Below, piece by piece: positions 1 to 10,172 of a stretch of DNA of 64,000 nucleotides. Source of the DNA: Candidatus Bathyarchaeota archaeon (lineage in GTDB: Archaea; Thermoproteota; Bathyarchaeia; 40CM-2-53-6). Within the stretch, counting starts at the first letter, position 1, and every line of letters starts with the position of its first letter. The stretch is taken from the NCBI GenBank assembly GCA_963733055.1, contig CAVTBR010000003.1, positions 416,001 through 480,000 of the forward strand. The letters are read 5' to 3'. The translations under genes were made by a program, and so were the position numbers. The notes under the pieces are model-generated. The model was not told where the DNA came from and made no database searches. It saw nothing but the letters and a program-made list of their open reading frames with translations.

Positions 1-2
1 TA

Positions 3-251
3 CCCTTCTGCCACTCGATACCGATAACGACCGTCCGCACGAAGCATTCGTTCCAGGGAAATACTTTGCGAGTTGAATCCTACGTCAAAGGCTTGGCAAG
101 GACGGGGGTAGAGATGGAGGCGCTTATCGCTGCTTCAACCTACCTGCTCACTATATGGGACATGGTAAAGCAGTACGAGAAGGACTCGAAAGGGCAATAC
201 CCGGACACCATGATATCCAACCTACGGGTAACTAAGAAAATTAAGCGATGA
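3..251 (+). CDS. moaC: Cyclic pyranopterin monophosphate synthase MoaC, 5'-truncated by window edge
   Basis: Open frame from nt 3 reads PFCHSIP...ARTGVEMEAL...TIWDMVK, the MoaC signature motifs; overlaps the moaB start. Confidence 0.9.
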   Translation, partial: PFCHSIPITTVRTKHSFQGNTLRVESYVKGLARTGVEMEALIAASTYLLTIWDMVKQYEKDSKGQYPDTMISNLRVTKKIKR

Positions 252-787
252 GAATGAGCCAAACCTCAAAACTACACAAGAAATCATCGCCAGAGACAGC
301 CACCGTTTACGTTATCACCTGTAGCACGTCGAAATTCATGCAGCTGAAAGCGGACCAGAAACCCGACGACGAGTCCGGCGACATCATTGAACAACTCGCA
401 GCCAGCGCCGGCCACAAAATTGCAGGACGCCAACTAATTTCAGATTCGAAACCTATGATTCGAAAAGCTACAAAGGGTGCGCTTTCGAACCGAGACGTCG
501 ACGCAGTGATCATTACCGGAGGCACTGGCCTGTCGTCTACAGATGTTACGTTCGAGGCCATTTCTCCCCTGTTGGATCGGGAGATTCCAGGATTTGGTGA
601 GTTGTTCAGAAAGATAAGTTACGACGAGATAGGCTCCGCGGCCATGATGAGTCGGGCGTTCGCGGGCACAATAAAGTGGGCGGCCATATTCTGCTTACCC
701 GGATCACCGAATGCGGTGAGGACGGCTATGGAGAAACTGATTCTCCCCGAATTAGGCCACCTGGTTGGTTTAGCCCGAGGGCCCTAA
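248..787 (+). CDS. moaB: Molybdopterin adenylyltransferase MoaB/MogA family
   Basis: DESG, ITGGTG, DVTFEA, IPGFGELFR, CLPGSPNAV motifs. Confidence 0.9.
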   Translation: MRMSQTSKLHKKSSPETATVYVITCSTSKFMQLKADQKPDDESGDIIEQLAASAGHKIAGRQLISDSKPMIRKATKGALSNRDVDAVIITGGTGLSSTDVTFEAISPLLDREIPGFGELFRKISYDEIGSAAMMSRAFAGTIKWAAIFCLPGSPNAVRTAMEKLILPELGHLVGLARGP

Positions 788-2559
788 GTCTTCTTGCGAC
801 TCTTCGTTTTCTTCACTCCTTTGGTTGCTGCCTTTGGAGCCTTCGAGGCCGGGGCATTCTTGGCTACATACTTCTCGTAACCCTTTGGATCACCGACCGT
901 TTCCTCACATAGACAGTACTTCAAAGATGTGACCGTGTGGGTCGGGCAGCTTTCTACGAACTCGCACTTATCGCACACAACCTGCAGACCATCAACGAAG
1001 CATTCTTGGATGGCACCTGCTTCACCGCGAGCCGCAACTTCTTCAGATCGTGCAAACTTAACGGACCGAGACAGGATTCCAGCTAGCCTTTCCTCGATAG
1101 CGTCTAAATTGTCAAGGCGCCGAACTACGAAGCAGCCGCCGGTTCGATCGTAGCCGATTCCCGCCCTCATGAGTTGGATGAATTTGTCCTTACCCATGTA
1201 TGGCAGTTTGAAACCGGTTGGGTCAAGAAGTTCCTGGGGGCCGGTAACTGCGGGTTGAACCTTCGACTCGGAGACTAGGAAGTCGATGTCGCGTTCCTCT
1301 AGCTCCAGCTGAAGGGCGACTTCTCTGCCCTGAGCCTCGTTGATCCGAAAGAGTTCCACTACGAACGGAACTATTTCCAGCAGTGCCTTGCGTTTCGAGA
1401 GGTGGCATGCTCGGGCCAACCGACTGCAGAGATGGTCTAGCGCCCAAAGTCGATATTGAAATCGATCAACAACTTTTCTTGAAACTCGGGGTGCTACTTG
1501 TAACGCGTGAACAGCGTCCTCGTCAGGGTTCTGGAAACCGACCGAAGCCAACTCGTTTAAAGCGACAGGTAGAAGGCTCCATTCTGGTACTCGGTCGCGG
1601 CGTGGAAGGTTGAATGGAGGCGGCATCATACCTCGCGATCTGCCGGCGCCGACTTTCCCGTAGCCCATGTCTGCTCTGGAAAGGGCGTCGTACGCCTTGG
1701 CCAGCTTATCTGGCGACGTATAGATGTAGGGAAGGATGTCGTGGATTAGCAGGAGAAGCTCGTCACGGTAGAGGGGAATCTCAGTCTCGTTAAGGACACG
1801 CCGAGCCGCGCCTAGTCCTTTCCCAGCGAACATTCCGCGAACCGTATTCTTCTCATTAAGTTCCCTAGTTCGGGTCGAACGCAGAGTCGCGATGCCGCTT
1901 GTTGACATTGTCTGCGCATCGTTAATCGCCGACCGCATGTCCCCGTAACTCTCACCAGCCAGTTTCTTCACAACTTTCGGCTGCAGTGACCGCCCTTCCT
2001 CGGCGAGTATGTGGTTGAGTAATGAGACGAGGAGACGCGGTCTGATCTCGTACATGGGGAGGACGATGCATGCTTTCCTGAGGTCGTCGAATTTTTCGTT
2101 GTCAAGGTCGTTGGCGGTGAGTACGATTGGTAGAGGCGCGCCTTTGATCGCGGTTAGGACTGCTCCTAATCCGCCTCGATCCTCACGGCCAAAAACTCCA
2201 TCCACTTCATCCAGAAGTATTAGGTTCCCTCGGCTGCCGGTCGAGAAGACATCGAGGGTCATGGAGCTACTTGCAGGGGCCAGCACTTTCTTGATCGTCT
2301 TTTCGGTTCTAACGTCACTTGCATTCATTTCCACCACTCTGAAGCCATAGTCACTGGCCGCCACTCTTGCGAGAGTAGTTTTTCCTACGCCTGGCGGTCC
2401 AACCAGGAGGCAGGCTTTGCTTGGTTTCTTCTTCAGTGTCCACTGCTTTAACCAGACTTTGAATTTCTCAACAGAGTCCTCATTTCCGAGGAGCATGGAA
2501 GTGGTTTGAGGGCGGTATTTCTCCGTCCAAGCCACGTTCTGTTGTGCCTGAGCCTGCAC
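784..2559 (-). CDS. rfcL: Replication factor C large subunit with C-terminal Cys-rich extension
   Basis: WTEKYRP, GPPGVGKT, EMNASD, DEVDG, GDMRSAIND; directly downstream of rfcS. Confidence 0.92.
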   Translation of the reverse strand: MQAQAQQNVAWTEKYRPQTTSMLLGNEDSVEKFKVWLKQWTLKKKPSKACLLVGPPGVGKTTLARVAASDYGFRVVEMNASDVRTEKTIKKVLAPASSSMTLDVFSTGSRGNLILLDEVDGVFGREDRGGLGAVLTAIKGAPLPIVLTANDLDNEKFDDLRKACIVLPMYEIRPRLLVSLLNHILAEEGRSLQPKVVKKLAGESYGDMRSAINDAQTMSTSGIATLRSTRTRELNEKNTVRGMFAGKGLGAARRVLNETEIPLYRDELLLLIHDILPYIYTSPDKLAKAYDALSRADMGYGKVGAGRSRGMMPPPFNLPRRDRVPEWSLLPVALNELASVGFQNPDEDAVHALQVAPRVSRKVVDRFQYRLWALDHLCSRLARACHLSKRKALLEIVPFVVELFRINEAQGREVALQLELEERDIDFLVSESKVQPAVTGPQELLDPTGFKLPYMGKDKFIQLMRAGIGYDRTGGCFVVRRLDNLDAIEERLAGILSRSVKFARSEEVAARGEAGAIQECFVDGLQVVCDKCEFVESCPTHTVTSLKYCLCEETVGDPKGYEKYVAKNAPASKAPKAATKGVKKTKSRKKT

Positions 2560-2560
2560 G

Positions 2561-3541
2561 TTACTTTCTTCCGAGTTCTACGACTTGAGCAAGCATAGCG
2601 CTCAGTTGGATATCCTCGTTCGCTCCCTGCGTTAACCTGAAATCGCACTCCCCTAGAGCACGGACAATCTCCACTTGCTTTTCTCCCGTTACTTCGGGAA
2701 TCCGATTAATTTCTCGATTTGCCCCGCGAATAATCTCCCTCCCGCTCACACCAAACTTACCCATCAACTCATACATGATGTCCCTCGCTTTGATGAAATC
2801 GCCCTTAATCGCCAGGATTAGCATGTTGCGTAAGAGGCCGCTCTGTGCCTCCGGCTGAAACTTTTCCAAAGCCGCAAGATCTAATCGTCCGTCCTTCGAG
2901 CTGCTCGCAACGACTTGTAGATAGTTCACGGCCCGTCTAAGGTCTCCTTCTGAGAGCTCCAAAATTCTCCTTAGAACCTTCGGGTCCGCCTCTACTTTTT
3001 CAGACTTGCAGATTTTATCAAGGTAACTTGTGGCGTCAGTCTCCTCTAGTTGTCTGAACCTGAAGACGGAGCATCTGCTCTGGATGGGTTCGATTATTCC
3101 GCTTTGGTAGTTGCAGATTAATATGAAGCGGCACGTTCTGGACGCGGTCTCCATTATCCTCCTAAGAGCCGTCTGTGCGTCCTTGGTCATTTCGTCGGAT
3201 TCGTCAAGGATCACGAGCCCAAATTGGACGCCGGAAGCCGTAGTTTGGATGATCTGCGAGAAACCTTTGATGCGCTCCCGCACCACGCCGATACCGCGTT
3301 CATCGGACGCGTTCAGTTCCAATACAAGCCTCCTGAAGTTGTCCCCCATCAACTGCCGTGCGATGCACAGTGCGACACTGCTCTTTCCCGTTCCCGGAGG
3401 GCCAGCGAAGAGTAGGTGAGGCATTGTTGATGGTGATTTTAGAAGCGACCTTAATCCTTCGACCGTCTCCTTTTGATTCACTACGTCATCAAGTGTTCGC
3501 GGCCGATATTTCTCGATCCACATGAGCCCCGTTTCATTCAA
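2561..3541 (-). CDS. rfcS: Replication factor C small subunit
   Basis: WIEKYRP, GPPGTGKS, LELNASDERG, AQTALRR, PIQSRC (SRC motif); no intein. Confidence 0.96.
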   Translation of the reverse strand: MNETGLMWIEKYRPRTLDDVVNQKETVEGLRSLLKSPSTMPHLLFAGPPGTGKSSVALCIARQLMGDNFRRLVLELNASDERGIGVVRERIKGFSQIIQTTASGVQFGLVILDESDEMTKDAQTALRRIMETASRTCRFILICNYQSGIIEPIQSRCSVFRFRQLEETDATSYLDKICKSEKVEADPKVLRRILELSEGDLRRAVNYLQVVASSSKDGRLDLAALEKFQPEAQSGLLRNMLILAIKGDFIKARDIMYELMGKFGVSGREIIRGANREINRIPEVTGEKQVEIVRALGECDFRLTQGANEDIQLSAMLAQVVELGRK

Positions 3542-3785
3542 GATTCAGATTCACCGTATGAATTTCCTTTGGAGTTCCTGTGCGACCAAGTTCGTTTGCG
3601 TCATTCAAAAGCCTTGGCCCCACCGAAACGTGAGTAAAATAATCGCAGCGAAAACCATGAACAGTTTCAGTGGCCTCTGTTGCTTTGTTTCTCACTGCAG
3701 TGGCAATTTGTAGTAACCTATTCAAATTTGCTCGTTCGAACGGCTTAAATTCGGAAACACGAAGTGAGAAGTTGGTGGTTTATTC

Positions 3786-4349
3786 TTGGCAGAAGCGTTG
3801 ATGTCGGTAGAGGATATTGACTTCGATTTCGAAAATTCGCAAACCAGAATTGTACTAACCCGCGAAATACCGGAAATGTCACCAAAGCTAAGCAGAATTC
3901 TGTCGTCCAAAATGGGACAGGAAGTCGAGGTCCCGTATTGGACAGCCAGAGAACTTGTTCAATTAGGATACGCAAGGTTCCGCGAAGAAGACGTCCTCAA
4001 TTACAACACACTCTCCAAGATCCACTGGCGGGAAACAATCCCAGCGTCGAGACAGCTGCCGGCGCTTCAACCAAACTTCTACTGCCTACTCCGACGCCAC
4101 GTAACCGAACTGAAAGAAGTAAGCAAGCAGGACCAAGTCAAACTACGTGAACTAGAGAGAACGGAAAGCCTCGTCCGAGACATTGTCAACTGTAGAATCC
4201 GCAAGATAGTTTCACTCGCGGCATCCCCAACGCCCTCCGAAGAAGTCATACAAGGACTAACCTACGAAGAACGAATCCTATACCTGATTCTCAACAAGAC
4301 CGTCGTGGACTGGAAGACTAAACTTCTCGGGAGCGCGCTGAAATCGTGA
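3786..4349 (+). CDS. GINS complex subunit (Gins23/Psf2-like)
   Basis: EVPYWTARELV B-domain motif, RIRKIVSLA, LTYEER; stop overlaps the mcm start, matching the known archaeal gins23-mcm operon. Confidence 0.8.
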   Translation: MAEALMSVEDIDFDFENSQTRIVLTREIPEMSPKLSRILSSKMGQEVEVPYWTARELVQLGYARFREEDVLNYNTLSKIHWRETIPASRQLPALQPNFYCLLRRHVTELKEVSKQDQVKLRELERTESLVRDIVNCRIRKIVSLAASPTPSEEVIQGLTYEERILYLILNKTVVDWKTKLLGSALKS

Positions 4350-6389
4350 CCACGTCTCAAAACCCTGAGGAGCGCTTCCAAGACTTCCTCAGATCCTTCC
4401 TCGCAGAGGACGAATACAAATACAGAAAACGACTCGGTCACGTTGCTCTATCTGGATCAGCGCTCTCTCGTCGTCGATTTCGAAGACCTGATCGCATACG
4501 ATCCGGAACTTGCACGATCTATTCTCGACAAACCCGACGAGTACATGGAGTATCTGGATCGTAGCGGTTGGGCTCAGCTCAAGATCGAAGATCCTGAGTA
4601 CGCTGAAATCATAAAGAAACTCCGCATCAGGTGCAGGAAGCTCCCCGAGAAACACTCCCTCCGCTTAATCGGGTCTGAGAACATTGGACGATTGCTGTGC
4701 ATCGACGGCATTATTGTCAGATCGACTTCTGTCAAACCATTACTCCTGAAGGCTGCATTCCAGTGCCGCAAATGCAATGCAATGACCTACGTCGAGCAGG
4801 CGGGCGTACTCATGCGCGGCCCAGGCGTCTGTGCCCACTGTCGATCTTGAGTCTTTGAATTCCTTGAGAAACAATCGACTTTCATGAACTCTCAGGAAAT
4901 CCGAATACAAGAGAGACCGGAGGACCTACCTCCCGGCCAATTGCCGAGGGCAATGGACATCAAACTAGCTGAGGACATGGTAGACATTGCAAGGCCGGGC
5001 GACAGAGTATCGATCACTGGCGTAGCAAGGGCTCAGCAGGAGTACGTAGGTCGTAAGGCAAGGCTGCGGACCTTCGACCTTCAACTTGACGCAAACTATG
5101 TGGACATTATGGGGAAGGAGGTTGAGGTTGTCGAGATAACGCCGGAAGATGAACGCCACATCCGGGAACTAGCGAAAGACCCCTTCATCCACCGAAAACT
5201 CATCGCCTCGCTCGCGCCATCAATCTACGGTTACGGAGACATCAAAGAAGCCGTCCTCTACCTATTGTTCGGCGGCGTCCCCAAACGACTACCCGACGGA
5301 GTCAGCATCAGGAGTGAAATAAACGTCCTTCTCGTGGGAGACCCAGGAGTCGCCAAAAGCCAATTACTCCAATACGTTTCCCGCATCGCTCCCCGAGGGC
5401 TCTATACTAGCGGACGAGGAACGACGGCAGCGGGCCTCACCGCAGCCGTCGTACGCGAAAAATCTGGCGGCATGGTACTAGAAGCCGGAGCCCTCGTACT
5501 CGCGGACAAAGGCATCGCATGCATCGACGAAATGGACAAAATGCGACCGGAAGACAGAGTCGCGATACATGAAGCTCTGGAACAACACACCGTAAGCGTA
5601 GCAAAGGGTGGGATCGTAGCTACGTTGAATGCTCGGGCAGCGGTCCTAGCGGCGGCCAACCCGGCTTTGGGAAGATACGATCCGTACAGGAACATAAACG
5701 ACAACATCAACCTCCCCGTAACCCTACTGTCACGTTTTGACCTTCTCTTCATCATGAAGGACGTTCCCGAGGCGGACTCTGATAGTCGCATGTCGGAGCA
5801 TATACTAACACTTCACAGATTGAAAACGACCCCCGAAGAACCGCCACTACTTCCCGAAATGCTGCGCAAATACATAGCCTACGCAAAACGCATCGAACCC
5901 GTCTTAACCGACGATTCAGTGAACGCTATCCGACAGTATTACCTGAAAATGCGCTCCCTATCCGGATCCAGCGAATCCCCAATCGTCATAACTCCCAGGC
6001 AACTGGAAGGATTGGTGAGACTTGCTGAAGCCAGGGCGAAGAGCTTCCTACGCAACCGCGTCGAAGCCGAAGATGCACAGGCCATAATTCGCTTGATGAC
6101 TCTATCCCTCCAAGACGTAGGCATCGACAGCACCACCGGAAAGATCGACATCGACGTAATCATGACAGGCAAACCAAAGAGCTTACGAGACAAGATGCAA
6201 GTCGTCCTAAGCACCTTCGCCGACTTAGAGAAACAGCTTGGAATCGTAGAAGACTCAACCCTCTACCAAGCGCTCTCACGCAAAGTCGACCTTACAGACG
6301 ATGAAGCAAGAAGACTCATTGACCAACTAGTGAAGGAAGGAATTCTTTATTCACCAAAACCTGGTCACTTGAAGCGAACAGCAGCCTAA
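4346..6389 (+). CDS. mcm: MCM replicative helicase, interrupted by one extra base near 4455-4460 and an in-frame TGA at 4848-4850 (probably sequence errors)
   Basis: Three consecutive pieces: N-terminus ERFQDFL; SLVVDFEDL plus Zn finger CRKC/CAHC; QERPEDLPPGQLP, GDPGVAKSQ, IDEMDKM, LLSRFD, ITPRQLE and C-terminal winged helix. Confidence 0.93.
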
Positions 6390-6406
6390 GCTAGAAGCTC
6401 AGAGAC

Positions 6407-8668
6407 TTGCGAGTAGAAGAACTCCCTATTCCAGACTCGGTCAAAGCAGTGGTCGCCAAAGCGGGTTATGAAACGCTATACCCCCCGCAAGAAGACGCCA
6501 TTAAGGCGGGAGTTCTCGACGGAAAGAACCTCGTACTGGCAAGCCCAACAGCCTCCGGAAAGACTCTCGTAGCTGAACTTGCGATTTTGAAGTCTATTCT
6601 GGAGCATGATGGCAAAGCGCTGTACCTCACTCCTCTCCGTGCGCTAGCAAGCGAGAAATTTGAAGACTTTCAAAAGTACGCTGAAATTGAGAAATCGCCT
6701 GGGCACAAGGTCAGGGTCGCCATCACGAGCGGCGATTACGACAGCTCCGACTTACACCTATCCAACTATGACGTCATTATCTCGACGAACGAGAAAGCAG
6801 ATTCTCTGTTAAGGCACCGATCGCCATGGCTCGCTGACATAACCGTAGTCGTCGCCGACGAAATCCACCTAATCACCGAAGCAGACAGAGGCCCCACCTT
6901 GGAAGTAGTGCTGACGCGGCTACTGAAAATTAACCCGAAACTGCAAATCATCGCACTAAGCGCAACCATAAAAAACGCAGCCGAGATCGGCGAATGGCTT
7001 GACGCCGCCCAGATCACAACAGACTGGCGACCCGTCCCCCTTCGCGAAGGAGTCTTCTACGGCGGACAAATCCAATTCAAAGACGGTTCCTCACGAGCGA
7101 TTCCGCATTCCGAATCGAACCCAATATTCGAAACCGCGCTTGACGTCATACGAGATGGAGGCCAAGTGCTCATTTTCGCCGAGACCCGACGAAGTGCCGT
7201 CGAGATGGGAAAGAAAGCAGCCGCACTGCTAAGGAGGAGCTTACCAAAGCCGGACCGTAGAGGCCTGGAAAACATTGCTCAACGAATTCTATCAACAGGT
7301 GAGAGAACGCGGCTAGGCGAAACCTTGGCTGAGCAAGTTCTGAGCGGAGTAGCATTCCACCACGCTGGCTTGCCCGGTGGACATCGGAGAATCGTCGAAG
7401 ACTCTTTCAAGGCCGGACGTCTCAAGATCCTTTCAGCGACCCCTACGGTAGCGGCGGGAGTGAATCTACCTGCCAGAACGGTGATCATCAGTAGCTACGA
7501 ACGCTACGAAGCGGGCTACGGACGGTACCCCATCTCGGTTCTTGAGTATAAGCAAATGTGCGGCAGGGCTGGCCGTCCGAGGTATGATAAGTTCGGGGAA
7601 GCCATCTTGATTGCTAGAACTGAAGATGAACAGGATTACCTGCTCAAGAATTACCCGCTAGCCGAGTCCGAGAGAATCTGGTCGAAGCTCGGAGCAGAGA
7701 AAGTTCTGAGGCCGCATGTGTTGGCTACGGTTGCAACGAGGTTTGCGACTAGCGAAAGTGGGTTGGAGAGATTCTTCGCAAAGACCTTCTACGCGTTCCA
7801 ATATGACCCTAAGATGATCAATGGAAAGCTTGGAGGCATACTCTCATTTCTACACAGGGAACAGATGGTTGAGTTCGCGGGAGACGAGCTGAAAGCCACT
7901 AGATTCGGCCGACGCGTTTCTGAACTCTACATCGACCCAGTTTCCGCCGTCATACTCCGCGACGGATTGTACACCCGCGCAAAACATGTCACGGACGTGA
8001 GCTTCCTTCACCTAATCTCCAGAACCCCTGACATTTCTCCAAAACTGTATCCTCGGCGCGGCGAAGACGAGATGCTCGACCTGTTCGCCAAGGAACACCA
8101 AGACGAGTACATGTGCGAGGTCCCTGAATATTACGGGGACACGAACGGGATCACCTACGAAGAATTTCTCGCCGAAATCAAGTGCGCGAGAGTCATGTAT
8201 GAGTGGATAAACGAGACCTCCGAGGACGGAATCCTAGAAGTTCACCGAGTCGAGCCCGGCGACATCCTCAGAATGGTCGACACGTCAAGATGGCTATTAC
8301 ACGCCACCTATCAGTTAGCAGAACTGTTTGGCCATAAAGATCTCCTGAATCAAGCCTACGAACTCCAAGTTCGATGCGCGAAGGGCGTGAAATCCGAACT
8401 TGTCCCACTCGTTGAACTTGATGGAGTAGGGCGTGTTCGTGCGAGATCACTCTTCAACGCAGGCTACAAGAATTTGGAAGAATTGAAACACGCCTCCGTA
8501 ACAGACCTGATGAACGTACCCTTGATAGGGCCGTCTCTAGCCAAGAAAATAAAAGAGCAGGTTGGCGGACTCATAAAAGCAGAGGAATGGGAAACGCTGA
8601 AAGCGAAAGACGCCGAGACTACGGAGCAGAGCTTGCTCACGGATTACAAGAAGGACGACGAGTTCTAA
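6407..8668 (+). CDS. hel308: Ski2-like DNA helicase Hel308/Hjm
   Basis: PTASGKT, DEIH, LSAT, FHHAGL, AGVNLPA, QMCGRAGRP, C-terminal HhH GVGRVRAR. Confidence 0.93.
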   Translation: MRVEELPIPDSVKAVVAKAGYETLYPPQEDAIKAGVLDGKNLVLASPTASGKTLVAELAILKSILEHDGKALYLTPLRALASEKFEDFQKYAEIEKSPGHKVRVAITSGDYDSSDLHLSNYDVIISTNEKADSLLRHRSPWLADITVVVADEIHLITEADRGPTLEVVLTRLLKINPKLQIIALSATIKNAAEIGEWLDAAQITTDWRPVPLREGVFYGGQIQFKDGSSRAIPHSESNPIFETALDVIRDGGQVLIFAETRRSAVEMGKKAAALLRRSLPKPDRRGLENIAQRILSTGERTRLGETLAEQVLSGVAFHHAGLPGGHRRIVEDSFKAGRLKILSATPTVAAGVNLPARTVIISSYERYEAGYGRYPISVLEYKQMCGRAGRPRYDKFGEAILIARTEDEQDYLLKNYPLAESERIWSKLGAEKVLRPHVLATVATRFATSESGLERFFAKTFYAFQYDPKMINGKLGGILSFLHREQMVEFAGDELKATRFGRRVSELYIDPVSAVILRDGLYTRAKHVTDVSFLHLISRTPDISPKLYPRRGEDEMLDLFAKEHQDEYMCEVPEYYGDTNGITYEEFLAEIKCARVMYEWINETSEDGILEVHRVEPGDILRMVDTSRWLLHATYQLAELFGHKDLLNQAYELQVRCAKGVKSELVPLVELDGVGRVRARSLFNAGYKNLEELKHASVTDLMNVPLIGPSLAKKIKEQVGGLIKAEEWETLKAKDAETTEQSLLTDYKKDDEF

Positions 8669-10041
8669 GCCGTTAAACCACGGGCCCGACGTTCAGAAAT
8701 TGTCTTCTCAATCGCGGAATCTACAAGCTCCTTGGACATGCCCAGGTATCCATTCGGGTCCAATGCCGAGTCCAGCTCGGTCTTAGTGAGATGCTTTGTC
8801 ACGATTGGGTCCTGTTTTAGAGTGTCGCCGAAGTTCGCGTGTTTGCGTTGGCTTTCGAAAACTAGTTTTTGCAGGAGGCTGTGGGCTTCCTGTCTTGGCA
8901 TTCCTTTGTTGACGAGAGAGATCAGGACTGATTCGGACATGAGAGGGTCCTTGAACTTCATCAGGTTCTCAAGCATTCCTTTCTCGTTTACGCGGAGTCC
9001 GTCAAGAATCCGAATCATTGAGGTTAGCATGTGATCGAGTATGATGAATGATTCTGGGATGACGAACCGTTCGGTTGCCGATTGCGACAGATCACGTTCG
9101 TGCCATGTTACTATGGACTCTAGGGCCGGGCTGACTAGGCTTCTCTCCATTCTTGCTAGGCTTGAAATATTCTCACTCCGCCAGGGATTTCGTTTCTGAG
9201 GCATCGCTGAACTACCGACCTGTTTGCCTTCTACAAAGGGTTCGGCCAGCTCGTCAATCTCGGGCCTTTGCAAGTTTCTGATCTCTGTCGCGAACTTATC
9301 CAGCGAGCTGCCGAGTATCGCGAAAACGGTCACTAATTCGGCGTATCGGTCGTGTTGCACGATCTGGCTGGTGACGTCAGCAGCCTTTAGTCCTAAGTGT
9401 TTCATGACTGATTCTTGAATTGCGAGAGCGTGCTCGCCTAGCCCTGCCATTGTGCCTATAGCCCCACTCATCTTCCCAACCAGCACGCGCTCACGGCATT
9501 GCCTGACTCGTTCAATATGCCGGCCAACTTCGCGCAGCCAGACCGCGAATTTCAGGCCGAGCGTCATAGGGAGAGCGTGTTGTCCGTGGGTTCGGCCGAT
9601 CATTATTGTTCCACGATACTTCCGCGAAAGCGTGATGAGTTTCTCCTCGAGCGTGTCCAGTTTTCTTTCCGCAATTCCAAGGCCTTCTTTCATCTGCAGT
9701 GCGAGAGCAGTATCGAGAACATCAGAGGAGGTGGCTCCGAAATGCACGTAGGCGCCACCTTTTCCCGAAACCTCCGCTAACGCTTCGACTAACGCCATGG
9801 TCTCGTGTTCTGTCGTTTTCTCTATCTCGTGAATTCTCTCAAGCTTCACGTATTTCGTGGAAGCATGACGCTCGATCTCTTCTGCGGCTGAGGATGGAAT
9901 ATCGCCAACCTCCGCTCTAGCCCTCGCCAAGGCGGCCTCAACATCAAGCATCTTCTGGAATCTCGTTTCCTCTTCGAACACTAGGCGCATTTCCGCGCTA
10001 CCATAGCGGCCCGTGTCGATTGGCAGAATCGGCAAAAGCAA
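8665..10041 (-). CDS. purB: Adenylosuccinate lyase
   Basis: HFGATSSD, GRTHGQHA, GSSAMPQKRNP, HERDLS. Confidence 0.95.
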   Translation of the reverse strand: MLLPILPIDTGRYGSAEMRLVFEEETRFQKMLDVEAALARARAEVGDIPSSAAEEIERHASTKYVKLERIHEIEKTTEHETMALVEALAEVSGKGGAYVHFGATSSDVLDTALALQMKEGLGIAERKLDTLEEKLITLSRKYRGTIMIGRTHGQHALPMTLGLKFAVWLREVGRHIERVRQCRERVLVGKMSGAIGTMAGLGEHALAIQESVMKHLGLKAADVTSQIVQHDRYAELVTVFAILGSSLDKFATEIRNLQRPEIDELAEPFVEGKQVGSSAMPQKRNPWRSENISSLARMERSLVSPALESIVTWHERDLSQSATERFVIPESFIILDHMLTSMIRILDGLRVNEKGMLENLMKFKDPLMSESVLISLVNKGMPRQEAHSLLQKLVFESQRKHANFGDTLKQDPIVTKHLTKTELDSALDPNGYLGMSKELVDSAIEKTISERRARGLTA

Positions 10042-10172
10042 AACCGAGTCTGATCTAGGGTTCGCTTCAAATATAAAACTCGGGCTTTGAGCCCGACTGC
10101 GCCTACAACCTACGGAAACCGTGCTGAAAAGTCATTGAGATGGTTTAGGGTACGGCGTATTCTAGCTCGCAA

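Noticed and set aside
3534-3725. 63-aa ORF overlapping the rfcS start
   Set aside because: No recognisable motif; it occupies the expected divergent promoter space
3542-3785. Replication origin between rfcS and gins
   Set aside because: Only weak CAGTGG half-matches to ORB, no G-string, no clear AT-rich unwinding element and no orc1/cdc6 nearby
4848-4850. TGA in mcm as selenocysteine or programmed readthrough
   Set aside because: It is not at a Cys-equivalent position (all four Zn-finger Cys are present), TGA is a normal stop in many genes here, and the same gene has an indel error
10080-10096. TCGGGCT-TTG-AGCCCGA hairpin near the purB promoter
   Set aside because: A single 7-bp stem with no second copy noticed; it could be a terminator or chance
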